Positions 10,111-19,993 are shown, counted from the first letter of the stretch. The stretch is 64,000 nt of DNA from Desulfobacterales bacterium (GCA_025454255.1 JALOOU010000005.1:3045-67044), one strand, 5' to 3'. Numbers and translations: made by a program. Notes: a model not told the origin generated them from the letters alone.

Positions 10111-11304
10111 ATGCTTTCGAATCCCGATCGTCATCCACGCATCGCCGCTCGAGCTCGATCCGCCAGACCTTATGACCCGGTTTCATCACTTTCGGCGATC
10201 AGGCGCAATCCGAGTGTGGCCCATCACAAGCTGGACTGGAATGAATCAACGATACCGCCGTCGCCTGAGGTTTTTAAAGCCTTGCAACGGTTTTTGGCCG
10301 ACGGCGATACCATGCATTGGTATCCGCCCTTCCCCTGCGATGGCGAGTTGCTTCGAAGAATTACGGAATACACATCCTGCCGGCCTGACAACATCTTGAT
10401 TACCAACGGGTCCGACGATGCGCTGTCGTTGGCGTGCCAAACCTATCTCGACCCCGGCGATGAGGTGGTGGCCCCGTTTCCCACTTATAGACATTTCCTG
10501 CAATTCGCGGAACTTGCAGGCGCCAGAGTTGGGCTGATTCGCAAGGAGGATCCATTCTCGGTCTCGCTCCAGGATGTGGAATCCGGGATCGCCGGTCGCA
10601 CCAAAATAGTCTATCTGGCGAACCCGAACAACCCGACCGGCATTCTCTTCGAGCCCGCACAGATAAGCCGGATGGCCAGCCGTCACCTGCAGGTTCTGTT
10701 TTTGGTGGACGAGGCCTATTATGAATTTTCAGGATTTTCATGCACTCCATTCCTAAAAAACACACCCAACATCATGGTTACGCGGTCGTTTTCGAAATGT
10801 TTCGGACTCGCCGCTCTTCGTTTGGGATATGTCCTCGCCTCAACGGGGATCATTCGCGACCTGCTTCGCGTTCACAACCCTAAAAGTACGAATATTATGG
10901 CTCAAATAGCAGCGGCAGCCGCCCTGGGGGATCTCGACTACTATCACGACTATGTCGCCGAAGTCGGACGGGCCGCCGCCATGACCAAACGTTTCTGCGA
11001 TGAGCATGGTATTCTCTGCCGGCTCACGCACGCCAACTTCGTTCTGATGACCATCGACCATCCGGAAAGGACGGTAGCAAAGCTCAGGAGTGCGGGAGTG
11101 CACGTCAGAAACCGATCGTCGCAGCTCCCCGGCATGATTCGGCTGACCGTGGGGACGTCAAAACAGATGGAGGATGTCCTGTTGCGGCTGAAGGCGGTGG
11201 TAAAAGAGGAGCGGTTGCCGCCCGGAAATCCAGCGACCATCGGATCTGGGCCGGCCAAACCGAGACAGGGCGGCCGGGTGGTGTGCAACCCGTCGCTTGC
11301 ATGA
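10111..11304 (+). CDS. Class I/II PLP-dependent aminotransferase, histidinol-phosphate aminotransferase-like
   Basis: 397 aa. Motifs seen are KLDWNEST (compare LxxNENP), ITNGSDDAL, ANPNNPTG, FLVDEAYYEF and SFSKCFGLAALRLGY (PLP-lysine context). The exact start is uncertain. Confidence 0.8.
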   Translation: MLSNPDRHPRIAARARSARPYDPVSSLSAIRRNPSVAHHKLDWNESTIPPSPEVFKALQRFLADGDTMHWYPPFPCDGELLRRITEYTSCRPDNILITNGSDDALSLACQTYLDPGDEVVAPFPTYRHFLQFAELAGARVGLIRKEDPFSVSLQDVESGIAGRTKIVYLANPNNPTGILFEPAQISRMASRHLQVLFLVDEAYYEFSGFSCTPFLKNTPNIMVTRSFSKCFGLAALRLGYVLASTGIIRDLLRVHNPKSTNIMAQIAAAAALGDLDYYHDYVAEVGRAAAMTKRFCDEHGILCRLTHANFVLMTIDHPERTVAKLRSAGVHVRNRSSQLPGMIRLTVGTSKQMEDVLLRLKAVVKEERLPPGNPATIGSGPAKPRQGGRVVCNPSLA

Positions 11305-11312
11305 ATTTTGCG

Positions 11313-12125
11313 TCAGGACTCTATCTTTGCGAGCCGAAGGCGTGCCTTTTCGATGAAGACGAAATCCTCCGGGGCTCGCGGGGCTTGGTGGATCGCCGCA
11401 CGATAAATTTCACGCGCCTTTGAAGAATTACCGGTTCGCTCGTAAAAAAGGCCGAGATCGTGCCTGTAAGCGACGTAGTCCGGTCTGAGGGCGACCGCTT
11501 TCTGAAGGCATGCGAAGGCCTGCTCGATGCTGGCCCCCTCGGGCAGCCCGCCGTAAAACAAAGAGGCCAAAAGCCGCTCCGCTGCGGAGACCTGCGCAAG
11601 TTTGAAATGCCACCACCCGAGAAGATACCAGACGTCCGGGTTGTCCGTGCGCTGATTCAAGAGAAACCGCGCATGATCTTCCAGCTCGCGTGCGGTTCGG
11701 ATCTTTTCGCCGGGGCTCTGAAACTCCGCCAATTTCGCCTTCGCGGCGCCTAAAACAAGGGTCGCCTCATAGCAGTCGGGGTGCTGGCGGAAAAGGCGCT
11801 CGGCATGCGCATGCGCCTTTTGGTAATACAGTCGCCTGGTTGTGGCATTTTTTTCGATCCAACCCAACCGAACGTAAAGATAGGCCGCCTTCCAGCGTGC
11901 ATCGCGGTTGTCAGGCTGAATCAGCAGCACTTCTTCGTAGATATCGACGGCCTGCTGGTCCGAATAGCGCAAGCGAAACCCCTCTGCCAGTTTCAACCGC
12001 TGCGACACATCTCCGCTTGCTTCCGCCGGGTGAGGCCCCCCAGCACAAATCAAGATGCACGCGAGGACAAGAGCGCCGCGGGCCAAGATGCTTCGCGAGG
12101 TCTTACTGGCGCACAGGGACGTCAT
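11313..12125 (-). CDS. TPR-repeat protein with signal/lipoprotein-like N-terminus
   Basis: I prefer the ATG at 12125 (MTSLCASKTSRSILARGALVLACILICAGG) over the 338-aa track start at 12329. TPR-like helical repeats follow (for example AFACLQKAVALRPDYVAYRHDLGLFYERTGNSSKAREIYRAAI). There is no strong RBS, so the start is tentative. Confidence 0.6.
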   Translation of the reverse strand: MTSLCASKTSRSILARGALVLACILICAGGPHPAEASGDVSQRLKLAEGFRLRYSDQQAVDIYEEVLLIQPDNRDARWKAAYLYVRLGWIEKNATTRRLYYQKAHAHAERLFRQHPDCYEATLVLGAAKAKLAEFQSPGEKIRTARELEDHARFLLNQRTDNPDVWYLLGWWHFKLAQVSAAERLLASLFYGGLPEGASIEQAFACLQKAVALRPDYVAYRHDLGLFYERTGNSSKAREIYRAAIHQAPRAPEDFVFIEKARLRLAKIES

Positions 12126-12439
12126 GGTTTCGGGCAAAACCTCCTTGCTTTTGGTGCTGACCGCCAATTCGCCGAACACCCCGCGCATGCCGCCGCAATG
12201 CATGCGCGGCTGCGGTCTTGAAATCAAATTTTCGCAAAGCCGCGGTGTGCTGACGGGTATGGCATGCATCCTGCTTTCGCGTTGACACGCATCTGTCTTT
12301 ATTATACCAATCGGACCTCCTTGCGACAAGCCGCCCGCTGCGGGCGGATGGCGGCACTACCCGCCGATCCCTTTTTCGGTCGTCGCAGATGCCGTGGATT
12401 CAGTTTGGGAGGCTATCCGATCGGCCCGGAAGGAATTCC

Positions 12440-14992
12440 ATGAGGGCCAAAACGCTTTTACTGATAGTTCCGGCCGCACTGCTGGTGCAGCTTGCCGCGT
12501 TCTGCCCCCTGGAGGCACCCGTCTCCGTATCTGCCACCCGGCACCCCGCCCCGGCCGCAGGCGAACGCGGGCAGCGCCAAGTCATTGTGATCGTGGACAG
12601 CCTCCGGCAAGCGACACTGGAGAAGCCCGGTGTGATGCCACATTTGTTTGCGCTGGCTATGGCCGAAGGCACTCGGAGCGTCCCCGTGCTGACCTGCAGC
12701 GCCAACTTCAGCCTTCCCTGTCTGCAAACGCTGATGGAAGGCCGCCAAAGCCCGTTTGCAAGCGGCCTGCACAATTTCACCGGGAAGGCGGGGGGCGCTG
12801 AGAGTTTCGCCCGCAGCGTCCAGCAGGCCGGATTGCGCCTGGCCCTCGTCGGCGACCACACGCTGCTCAGCTTGTACGGAAAGCACGCGGAGCAGACCTG
12901 GACGATCGAATCCGTGGCGGGCGACCCGTTGCAGCGCGATCTAGCAGCGATCCGCAAGGCCGCGGAGCTCCTGGATGCTGAGCCGGCCTTTGATGTGCTT
13001 CTGCTGCATGTGCCGGGCACTGACAAAGCGGCTCACCACAAGCGGCCCGGCACCGCAGCCTACGACGAGCACCACCGGCAGGTCGATGAAGCCCTGGCTG
13101 CCGTGTGGCGACGGATCGACCCCGCCAGAGACGACCTGCTGATCATGGGCGATCACGGTCATGACGATCTGGGAAACCATACGCGTTATTCACTGGCGCT
13201 TTTCAACGGTCCGCACGTTGCCGAACTTTTCGGCGCTCTGAAAGGGCTGCCGGAAGGGCTGGGCCAGGAAGATCTGCTTTTGTTCATGTCCTATCCATTC
13301 GGGCTACCTCTGCCTGCAAGCTACGAAGGGCGTTTTTTCCCTTTAGAGAAAGATGCCGCTCACAGCGACGGCGCCGGCACAGGGGTTTCCGATTCGCTGC
13401 GGCGCTTCGAGGAAATGCAACGCCGCGCCTGGTTGGCGCCAAACGAGGAGAAACCATCGCTTGCCGCAGTGCAGGCCCAGCGTGAGGAGCGGCGACGGGA
13501 TGCCCCCAAAAGGCTTCTCAACCGGATGCTGCCGCTGATCGCCCTAGCCTTTTCCTGGGCGCTGTTCTTTTTTGACGGCCGGGTCGGACCCGCACGCACA
13601 GCTCTGGCAGCCACACTGTTTTTCGTTGCCTCCTCGGCAGCCGTCTGCAGTTTTTCCGCCTCCGCCGGTGGTTGGGCGCTGGCGTTCATCGGATGGACCG
13701 CATGCGCCTGTCTGGCGTGGAGGTACCGGGCGCAACGCAGCTTCGCCTTCCTTTGCGTGGCAACTGCCGGGGCCGGACTGATGGGTTGTTTTGCACGTGA
13801 CTGGGCCGAGCTCATGCACACCCGCGAATCGGTGAATTACCAGGCGATTCTGTTCCATTTGCTGCTGCCATTGATCGGAGCCGCAATGGCATGGGTACGT
13901 TTCGGCAGCGGCGCCCGGTTTCCGGAGGGTATGGGGCTGGTCTGTTTATTGGTGCTGCCAAGCGGTGTTTATTACTATCAATCGGGCCGAAACCTCTTGC
14001 TCGGGTACGCGATCGGCGAAGCGATGCTGTTGTCATGGAGGGGCGTGCGAGCGCTCTATCTGAAACGAAAAGCACCGTTGCGGTGGAGATTCAGCCCTTG
14101 GATCTCGCCGTTCTCCTTGCGGCGGCCAGCGGCCGGTATCGCCTTCGCCTTCGCCCTCACGGTGCTTGTTTTCCAGGCAGCCGGCGGCTGGGAATGGCGG
14201 CTTCAATGGGTTAGCTGGTTGCGTTCCGGTCCGGAGTGGGTGCCCCTCTTTTTCTTCTGGGCCATCGGCGGTTATTTAACCTTGCAGGTGCCCTCCATCC
14301 ATGGCCGATACCTGTTGCTTGCCGTGCTCTGCCTCACCCGGCTCTACTCGGTGGGAATTGCCGGACTGGACCTCTCTGCGCTCACGGCCTCCCTGGTTGC
14401 GGTGTTGCTGCTTTCTGCGGTTCTCGAGCTCGATCCGGCCGCGCCGAAGGTAAGCGACGGCCGAGAGACTTCGGACGCGAGCAACCCGAATCGGCACGCC
14501 CGCGATGCTCTTCTCATCGCCGGGGTGTTGGCGTGGATGCTTTGGGTGTTGATGCGGGGCTTTTTCATCAACCACGTGGATTACCATTTTGCCTTCGATC
14601 TGCTGGGCGGGATCCGCCGGGAGAGCTCGTTGGCGCTGGCCATCGCGATGGCCACATTGCTAAAATACGGGTTGCCGCTCGCATTCGCTCTGCTCTTCTT
14701 CCGCCTGCGTCGAGGAAGAGACGCTTTTCGGGTAGTGTTCCCCGGTTTGCTCTTTCTGCTGCAGCTGAAGCTGTTTTTCCTCCTGATCCAGGCGCTGCTC
14801 ATCCCATTGCGGACCGATGAAAAATTGCACGAGCTCGCCTTGGCCGAAATTGTTTTCTTCCTGGGCATTCTTATCATCGCGCTAATCGTCTGGCTGCTGC
14901 TGGGCGGGCTCGACAGAGGAGGGCCCCGGCACGATCCCGATACACTGGAAGACGGGCACCAACCGGTAGGCAAACGGATGGCTACCGCCTGA
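12440..14992 (+). CDS. Polytopic membrane protein with N-terminal alkaline-phosphatase-superfamily domain resembling GPI ethanolamine-phosphate transferases (PigN/PigO/Mcd4 type)
   Basis: ATG at 12440 follows GGAAGGA. A signal anchor (MRAKTLLLIVPAALLVQLAAF) comes first. The catalytic-domain motifs are VIVIVDSLRQ, LLLHVPGTDKAAHH and LLIMGDHGHDDLGNH (metal/nucleophile signatures of the superfamily). About 500 aa of repeated hydrophobic helices follow. Confidence 0.65.
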   Translation: MRAKTLLLIVPAALLVQLAAFCPLEAPVSVSATRHPAPAAGERGQRQVIVIVDSLRQATLEKPGVMPHLFALAMAEGTRSVPVLTCSANFSLPCLQTLMEGRQSPFASGLHNFTGKAGGAESFARSVQQAGLRLALVGDHTLLSLYGKHAEQTWTIESVAGDPLQRDLAAIRKAAELLDAEPAFDVLLLHVPGTDKAAHHKRPGTAAYDEHHRQVDEALAAVWRRIDPARDDLLIMGDHGHDDLGNHTRYSLALFNGPHVAELFGALKGLPEGLGQEDLLLFMSYPFGLPLPASYEGRFFPLEKDAAHSDGAGTGVSDSLRRFEEMQRRAWLAPNEEKPSLAAVQAQREERRRDAPKRLLNRMLPLIALAFSWALFFFDGRVGPARTALAATLFFVASSAAVCSFSASAGGWALAFIGWTACACLAWRYRAQRSFAFLCVATAGAGLMGCFARDWAELMHTRESVNYQAILFHLLLPLIGAAMAWVRFGSGARFPEGMGLVCLLVLPSGVYYYQSGRNLLLGYAIGEAMLLSWRGVRALYLKRKAPLRWRFSPWISPFSLRRPAAGIAFAFALTVLVFQAAGGWEWRLQWVSWLRSGPEWVPLFFFWAIGGYLTLQVPSIHGRYLLLAVLCLTRLYSVGIAGLDLSALTASLVAVLLLSAVLELDPAAPKVSDGRETSDASNPNRHARDALLIAGVLAWMLWVLMRGFFINHVDYHFAFDLLGGIRRESSLALAIAMATLLKYGLPLAFALLFFRLRRGRDAFRVVFPGLLFLLQLKLFFLLIQALLIPLRTDEKLHELALAEIVFFLGILIIALIVWLLLGGLDRGGPRHDPDTLEDGHQPVGKRMATA

Positions 14993-16235
14993 AGACGCTG
15001 CCTTCAGCCGAGCCTTTCACGGTACCGGACGCCTGCAGTTTCATCAATTTCTCGACCAGCCGATCGTTCAGTTTTTCGATATCAAACTCCTTTTCGACCC
15101 TTGCACGGCCAGCTTGCGCCATCGCCAGCCACGCGGCCGGAGCGGCCAGCAGGCGGCAGATGTTTTCGGCAAGAGCGTCGACGTCCCTCTCCCGGGCCAG
15201 AAGGCCGGATACGCCGTCCTCGACCAGCTCAGGGATCCCGGAGTGGGCGGTGCTCAGCACCGGCAGGCCGCTGGCCATGGCCTCCATCAGTGCCACCGGC
15301 ACGCCCTCCACGTCCCCGTTGCCTGCGGTGACGCTTGGCGCCAGGAAGAGATGCATTCGCGACAGGCAGTCGACGAGCGCATCCTGCCCCATCCATCCCG
15401 CAATGCGGACCTGCGCTTGCAGCTGCAACTCTTCGATCAGATTCTCCAACTCCCCGCGCAGCGGGCCGTCCCCGATGATAGTGTACTCCAGCGCCGGGTA
15501 CCGGGGCACCACCAGGGCCAGGGCCCGCAGGGCATATGCGATCCCCTTCTTCTCCACCAGCCGGGCAACGGTCACCAGCCGGGTTACGCCATCGGGCCCC
15601 GGACGCCGCGGATGAAACGAGAAGCGGGCGCAGTCGACACCCATGGGGTGCACGGCGGTCCGCTCCGGAGGGCAGCCGAGTTCCCAAAGGCGCTGCTGCC
15701 ACGATCGGCTGATCGGGAGAAAAAGGTCTCCATGATGAAAAAGGCGCTCATAGACGCTCTCTCCCCGTTCTTTGAGAAAAACGCTCAGGTCATAGGCGTG
15801 GAAGAACGTCACCAGGTTTCCCTGCAGGGCGCCCGCCTCGCGCAGCCGCAGCGCCTCCAATCCCACATGCCCGAAATGGGCGATGATGGCATCGTGCTCT
15901 GCGGCAGAAGGCGCGGTTCCTCTCGAAGCCCGACGCGGTACAAACGCACGACGCAAAACGCTCCGGCATCGTCGTATAGAAGCGCCGCGCGCCAACGCCG
16001 CTCCGGCAAGCCGCAGCAGCCCCGTCCGGCGCCCGGTCAGCTCGGGCCAGTAGCGCACCCTTTCCAACATCCGGTAGCGGCCGACGTCCGGGTGGGCGAA
16101 AACCTCCGGGCCGGGGCGTCCCGCAATAATGGTCACCGCATGGCCTCGTTGGAGAAAACCCGCTATCTGGCCGAGGATGAATGTCTCGGAGAGTTTGGGA
16201 AATTCGCCCACCACGAAGGCTATACGCATCGTCAT
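14982..16235 (-). CDS. Glycosyltransferase family 4 (GT-B fold, WcaL-like)
   Basis: 417 aa. The N-terminus is MRIAFVVGEFPKLSETFILGQI. The C-terminal half has EGVPVALMEAMASGLPVLSTAHSGIPELVEDGVSGLL (E-x7-E type GT4 motif). Its ATG overlaps the flippase stop (ATGA at 16232-16235). Confidence 0.85.
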   Translation of the reverse strand: MTMRIAFVVGEFPKLSETFILGQIAGFLQRGHAVTIIAGRPGPEVFAHPDVGRYRMLERVRYWPELTGRRTGLLRLAGAALARGASIRRCRSVLRRAFVPRRASRGTAPSAAEHDAIIAHFGHVGLEALRLREAGALQGNLVTFFHAYDLSVFLKERGESVYERLFHHGDLFLPISRSWQQRLWELGCPPERTAVHPMGVDCARFSFHPRRPGPDGVTRLVTVARLVEKKGIAYALRALALVVPRYPALEYTIIGDGPLRGELENLIEELQLQAQVRIAGWMGQDALVDCLSRMHLFLAPSVTAGNGDVEGVPVALMEAMASGLPVLSTAHSGIPELVEDGVSGLLARERDVDALAENICRLLAAPAAWLAMAQAGRARVEKEFDIEKLNDRLVEKLMKLQASGTVKGSAEGSVFRR

Positions 16236-17791
16236 CCCTGTCCAGGCCGTGTCATGGGGCTATTCATGGGTTTTTGGCGCTTGCGGATAAATTCGCCGGA
16301 AAGCTGCGCGGCATCGCGCAAAGCTGCACGGCCGCGGCCGCAGGCCGCCAGCGTTCCCAATGCCGCCATCAGGGAGAGCGCCGCCGCGAACAGCAACCCG
16401 GGTGCAGGACCCCACGCCGGGCCGAAGAGGCGGGCCCCCCCCACCACGGCCGTCACGGAGACGGCGACCATGGCATGCGGAGCGGTCGCATGAAAGAAAT
16501 CCATCGGCCGGATGGGGCCATGCCGGGTGACGTACCAGATGAGCAGCGGCTTGCGCACCAGAAGCCCCATGAGAGAATAGGCCAGCGCCACCCCAAAGGC
16601 CCCCCATGGCAGGCCGATGAAAAAGGAGGCCACGGCAATGCCGGAGCCGATGAATCCCCAGCGCAACATGTGATGCGTGCGGTTCTGCGTGATAAAAAGC
16701 CAGCCCGTCGAATTGCCGATGGGCTGAGTGAAAAGGGCCACCCCGAGGGCGGCAAAAATGAGGCTGGCATCGATCCACGGCTCACCGAGCACCAGCAGCA
16801 CCAGCCAGTCCGAGGTCATGATCATGAAGGCGCTCATGGGCATGGTGATCAACAGGATTTTTTCCAGTATGCGGAAGTAGGCGCGCCGGTAGCGCTCCGG
16901 CTGATCGGCGAGCCGGCTGAGCACCGGAATGGCGATCGAACTCACGGGCTCGTTGATCTGGCGCAGCGGTATCAACATAAAGTCGTAGGCTTTCTGGTAG
17001 AGTCCGACAGCGGCAGGGCCGTAGTGGCGACCCAGAAGCACCTGGTCCAGGTTGCGGGCAAAATAGTTGACCACGCTGAAGCCGGTGAGGTTGCCGCCAA
17101 AGGCGAGCAGGTCTCCGATTTCAAAACCGCGCCGGGGCAACCCCGGACGCCAGCCGCAGATGACCCAGCAGGCGGCAGCGGCAACAGCCGTGGTGATGAT
17201 CCGCTGGCCGACCAGCGCCCAATATCCGAAATTCATAGCGGCCAACGCGACGGCGGTGCCGAGACCTGCGGTGATGGAACTCAGCTCGACCGCGGTCAAG
17301 GCGCCGAATCGCATCCGGCGCTTGAGCAAGGCTGCATGCTGCGAGGCGAGCCCGCCGAAAAGAAACGCCCCGGCCAGGGCCAGCCCGATCCGGTTCAGGC
17401 GAGGTTCCCCGTAGTACCAGGCCAAGGCCGGGGCGATGGCGGCTGCGAGAAGCATGGCGGCAGCGCTGAGCCCTAAATTGATCCAGAACAAACTGCTGAT
17501 CTGCTCGTGGGTGATCTCCTTGCGCTGAATGGTGGCCACCGGCAGCCCCAGGTCCTGGAACATGGCGATGAATCCGGTTACTGCGGCAACCATGCCAACC
17601 AGGCCGAAATCGGCCGGGCTCAGCAGGCGGGCCAGCACCAGGATCGAGGCGATTTGAATCGCAGATTTCGCTGCCTGCCCGGCCGCCGTCCAGGCGCCAC
17701 CTCGGACGGCTTTGGCGCGAAGCTCACCCTCTATATCCGCTGTGTCAAAGTAGGATTGAGTTTTTCCAGGTGGGTGCGCTTCTCGGGTCAC
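16232..17791 (-). CDS. Wzx-like polysaccharide/oligosaccharide flippase (MOP superfamily)
   Basis: I prefer the GTG at 17791-17789, which overlaps the upstream gene stop (GTGA), giving 519 aa. The pattern LRAKAVRGGAWTAAGQAAKSAIQIASILVLARLLSPADFGLVGMV is the usual N-terminal signature of this family, and there are about 12-14 hydrophobic segments. Confidence 0.8.
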   Translation of the reverse strand: MTREAHPPGKTQSYFDTADIEGELRAKAVRGGAWTAAGQAAKSAIQIASILVLARLLSPADFGLVGMVAAVTGFIAMFQDLGLPVATIQRKEITHEQISSLFWINLGLSAAAMLLAAAIAPALAWYYGEPRLNRIGLALAGAFLFGGLASQHAALLKRRMRFGALTAVELSSITAGLGTAVALAAMNFGYWALVGQRIITTAVAAAACWVICGWRPGLPRRGFEIGDLLAFGGNLTGFSVVNYFARNLDQVLLGRHYGPAAVGLYQKAYDFMLIPLRQINEPVSSIAIPVLSRLADQPERYRRAYFRILEKILLITMPMSAFMIMTSDWLVLLVLGEPWIDASLIFAALGVALFTQPIGNSTGWLFITQNRTHHMLRWGFIGSGIAVASFFIGLPWGAFGVALAYSLMGLLVRKPLLIWYVTRHGPIRPMDFFHATAPHAMVAVSVTAVVGGARLFGPAWGPAPGLLFAAALSLMAALGTLAACGRGRAALRDAAQLSGEFIRKRQKPMNSPMTRPGQG

Positions 17792-18750
17792 CTTGCCGGC
17801 TCCTGACGAGGTCCTAATGCCTCTCCGGCCTGGCGGCGGCCGGATGCCTTCATCGCCCCCAACTGTTGGACGATTCTCCAGAAGCGCGGCCCCGCATCGC
17901 GCAGCACCTCCAGGGCTTGGCTGTCGGGAAGATGCCACCAAGCCTCCCCCGTCACCCCGACATGCCGGTTGGTCACCACCTCGCAGCCGAGGAAGCGGGC
18001 CTCCACCGGCATTCGACCGGCCGGCTCCAGTCGGGCGGGCAGAAAAACAAACTGGGCGCAGCGCTGCATCAGGTCAAGCACCTCCTGTGGGTTGATGTTT
18101 TGAATCACCTGCGGCTCGACCCCTCGCTTCCGGCAGTAGGAAAGCGCTGCTCTGAATCCCTTGATGCGGTGCGCCGAATAGGCGATGCAGGTGCCGCGGC
18201 GATCGGTGCGCAAGCGCCCGCTGCGGACCCGGGCCACCCGGTCGAAGAACTCCTGCCCGAAGACCGAAGACCCCAAGACCTGCACCGCTGGAGGACGAAA
18301 AAAGGGGTTGCGCCGGTAGACCGAAAGCTGGTGGTGGGTGAGAAAAATCATGCCCAGCGACGAGGCGATCAATGAACGCAAAGGCCGGTGCGGGCAGATG
18401 CAACGGCCCAGCCAGCGGTGGATGGGATCGCAGGCTGCGGGAAAATTGCCGCGCCAGTGGCAGATGCGCACGTCGTGCTCGAAGAGCACGTGGCGGCCCT
18501 GGTGAACCAGGGCCGCCATCACCTCCGGCCGCGCATGCTTCATGTTGCCGAGAACGTGCACGTCAAAATTTTCAAGCAGCTCCGGCGTGGCCTCCCGGGA
18601 GGTGACGGTATCCACGTGCCAGGGGGCTGCTTGCATAAGCGCCTGGTCGGTCTGCTCCGCCCCGCCGGGGTACCGGCTTTGATCATCACGAACCGATTGC
18701 ATGAACTGATCGGCGATGAAAAGTGTGCGGAGGGGGCGCATCGACATCAT
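17788..18750 (-). CDS. Hypothetical protein, possibly a GT-B-type glycosyltransferase-like protein (320 aa)
   Basis: The track ORF extends to 19122, but the ATG at 18750 (MMSMRPLRTLFIADQF) overlaps the upstream GT4 stop (ATGA at 18747-18750). The C-terminal part (FVFLPARLEPAGRMPVEARFLGCEVVTN) weakly resembles the nucleotide-sugar-binding half of GT-B enzymes. Confidence 0.55.
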   Translation of the reverse strand: MMSMRPLRTLFIADQFMQSVRDDQSRYPGGAEQTDQALMQAAPWHVDTVTSREATPELLENFDVHVLGNMKHARPEVMAALVHQGRHVLFEHDVRICHWRGNFPAACDPIHRWLGRCICPHRPLRSLIASSLGMIFLTHHQLSVYRRNPFFRPPAVQVLGSSVFGQEFFDRVARVRSGRLRTDRRGTCIAYSAHRIKGFRAALSYCRKRGVEPQVIQNINPQEVLDLMQRCAQFVFLPARLEPAGRMPVEARFLGCEVVTNRHVGVTGEAWWHLPDSQALEVLRDAGPRFWRIVQQLGAMKASGRRQAGEALGPRQEPAR

Positions 18751-19991
18751 CCGGTCTCCTGGAGTGCCCGGCGGTAACACGCCACGGTTTGGAGGGCACA
18801 TCGCCGCCAGGTGAAATGTGCGGCCCAGGCACGTCCGCGGGCGGAGAGTTCCTGCCGAAGATTTGAATCGTCGATCAGTTTTCCAATCGCCGCGCTCAGC
18901 GCCTCCTGGTCGTCTGCAGGCACGGTCAAGCTCGCATTGCCCGCCACCTCGCAAAGCGATGTCGTCAGCGTCGTTATGGCGGGAGCGCCGCAGCCCATCG
19001 CCTCCAAAACGGTCAGCCCGAACCCCTCGTAGACGGAGGGAAAAACGTAGCCGAGGCAGCTCCGGTAGAGTGCGGGCATAAGCCCTTCGTCGACGAAACC
19101 GGCCAACACCACACGGGAGCAAACGCCTGCCGCCTCGGCTTCAGCCGCCAGGCCGCGGCGCTGGTGAGAGGTCAATGCACCAGCGATGACCAGCTGTACA
19201 TCCCGGGCCCGGCCCGACTGCGCAAAGGCCCGGATCAGCAATTCAAGCCGCTTGCGGGGGTCGCCGCCGCCAACAGACAGCAAAAACGGATCACGCACAG
19301 CAAGGGCGGCTTTCACCTGCGCGGACTCTCCGGCGGCGCCGCGGCTGCAAAATCGCTCGTGATCGACGCCGTGCCCGACGACATCGATGCGGGCCGGGTG
19401 AATGCCCAACAGTTCGATTACGTCCCGGCGGGTCGCCTCGGAAATGGCGATCAGCCGCACGGCGCTGCGATAGCGGACAACATCGCGCAATCGCCTGACG
19501 AAGCGAGCGCCAGGAAACGCACCCATATACTGCTTATGCAAAATGAGGGGGATCAAATCGTGGCAGGTGATAATCCGCGGCACGCGGCAGTCCCATGGCG
19601 TGCCTTTCGGGTCCGTAAGGTGCATCAGGCGGGCCCCGGTGGAGGCGGCCAGAGTTCCCATCGTTAGACGCCGCACGATGTTGTACTTGGCGTACTGCCA
19701 TTGCGAAGGTCTCAGGTTGGGGTTGCCGGAGTAGCGAAAGGCCGGATCCGTCAGCGGCCCCGAACCGAGGCCGTTGCGGACCAGAGCCTCCACCCTCAAC
19801 CCGAGTCCGCCCGCTGCGGCCAGCTCGGCAATTCCCCGGGCCAGACCGGCCGCATAGCGGCCGATGCCGCGGAACCGCGACGGCGTATCCAGCGGAGTCA
19901 GGTCGACCAATACATCCGGGCCATGCGCCCGGCCGTCTTTTGGATCGACCGGCCGAATTCCCTTGTCTCGCATTGTTTCCCGATCGGGCAA
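18747..19991 (-). CDS. Glycosyltransferase family 4
   Basis: 414 aa. Motifs seen are VLVDLTPLDTPSRFRGIGRYAAGL and FPSVYEGFGLTVLEAMGCGAPAITT (GT4 E-x7-E region). Confidence 0.85.
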   Translation of the reverse strand: MPDRETMRDKGIRPVDPKDGRAHGPDVLVDLTPLDTPSRFRGIGRYAAGLARGIAELAAAGGLGLRVEALVRNGLGSGPLTDPAFRYSGNPNLRPSQWQYAKYNIVRRLTMGTLAASTGARLMHLTDPKGTPWDCRVPRIITCHDLIPLILHKQYMGAFPGARFVRRLRDVVRYRSAVRLIAISEATRRDVIELLGIHPARIDVVGHGVDHERFCSRGAAGESAQVKAALAVRDPFLLSVGGGDPRKRLELLIRAFAQSGRARDVQLVIAGALTSHQRRGLAAEAEAAGVCSRVVLAGFVDEGLMPALYRSCLGYVFPSVYEGFGLTVLEAMGCGAPAITTLTTSLCEVAGNASLTVPADDQEALSAAIGKLIDDSNLRQELSARGRAWAAHFTWRRCALQTVACYRRALQETG

Positions 19992-19993
19992 CT

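Noticed and set aside
15114-17476. Plus-strand ORFs 15114-16493 (459 aa) and 16181-17476 (431 aa)
   Set aside because: They lie antisense to the GT4 and flippase genes. They have no motifs and are highly basic and low in complexity.
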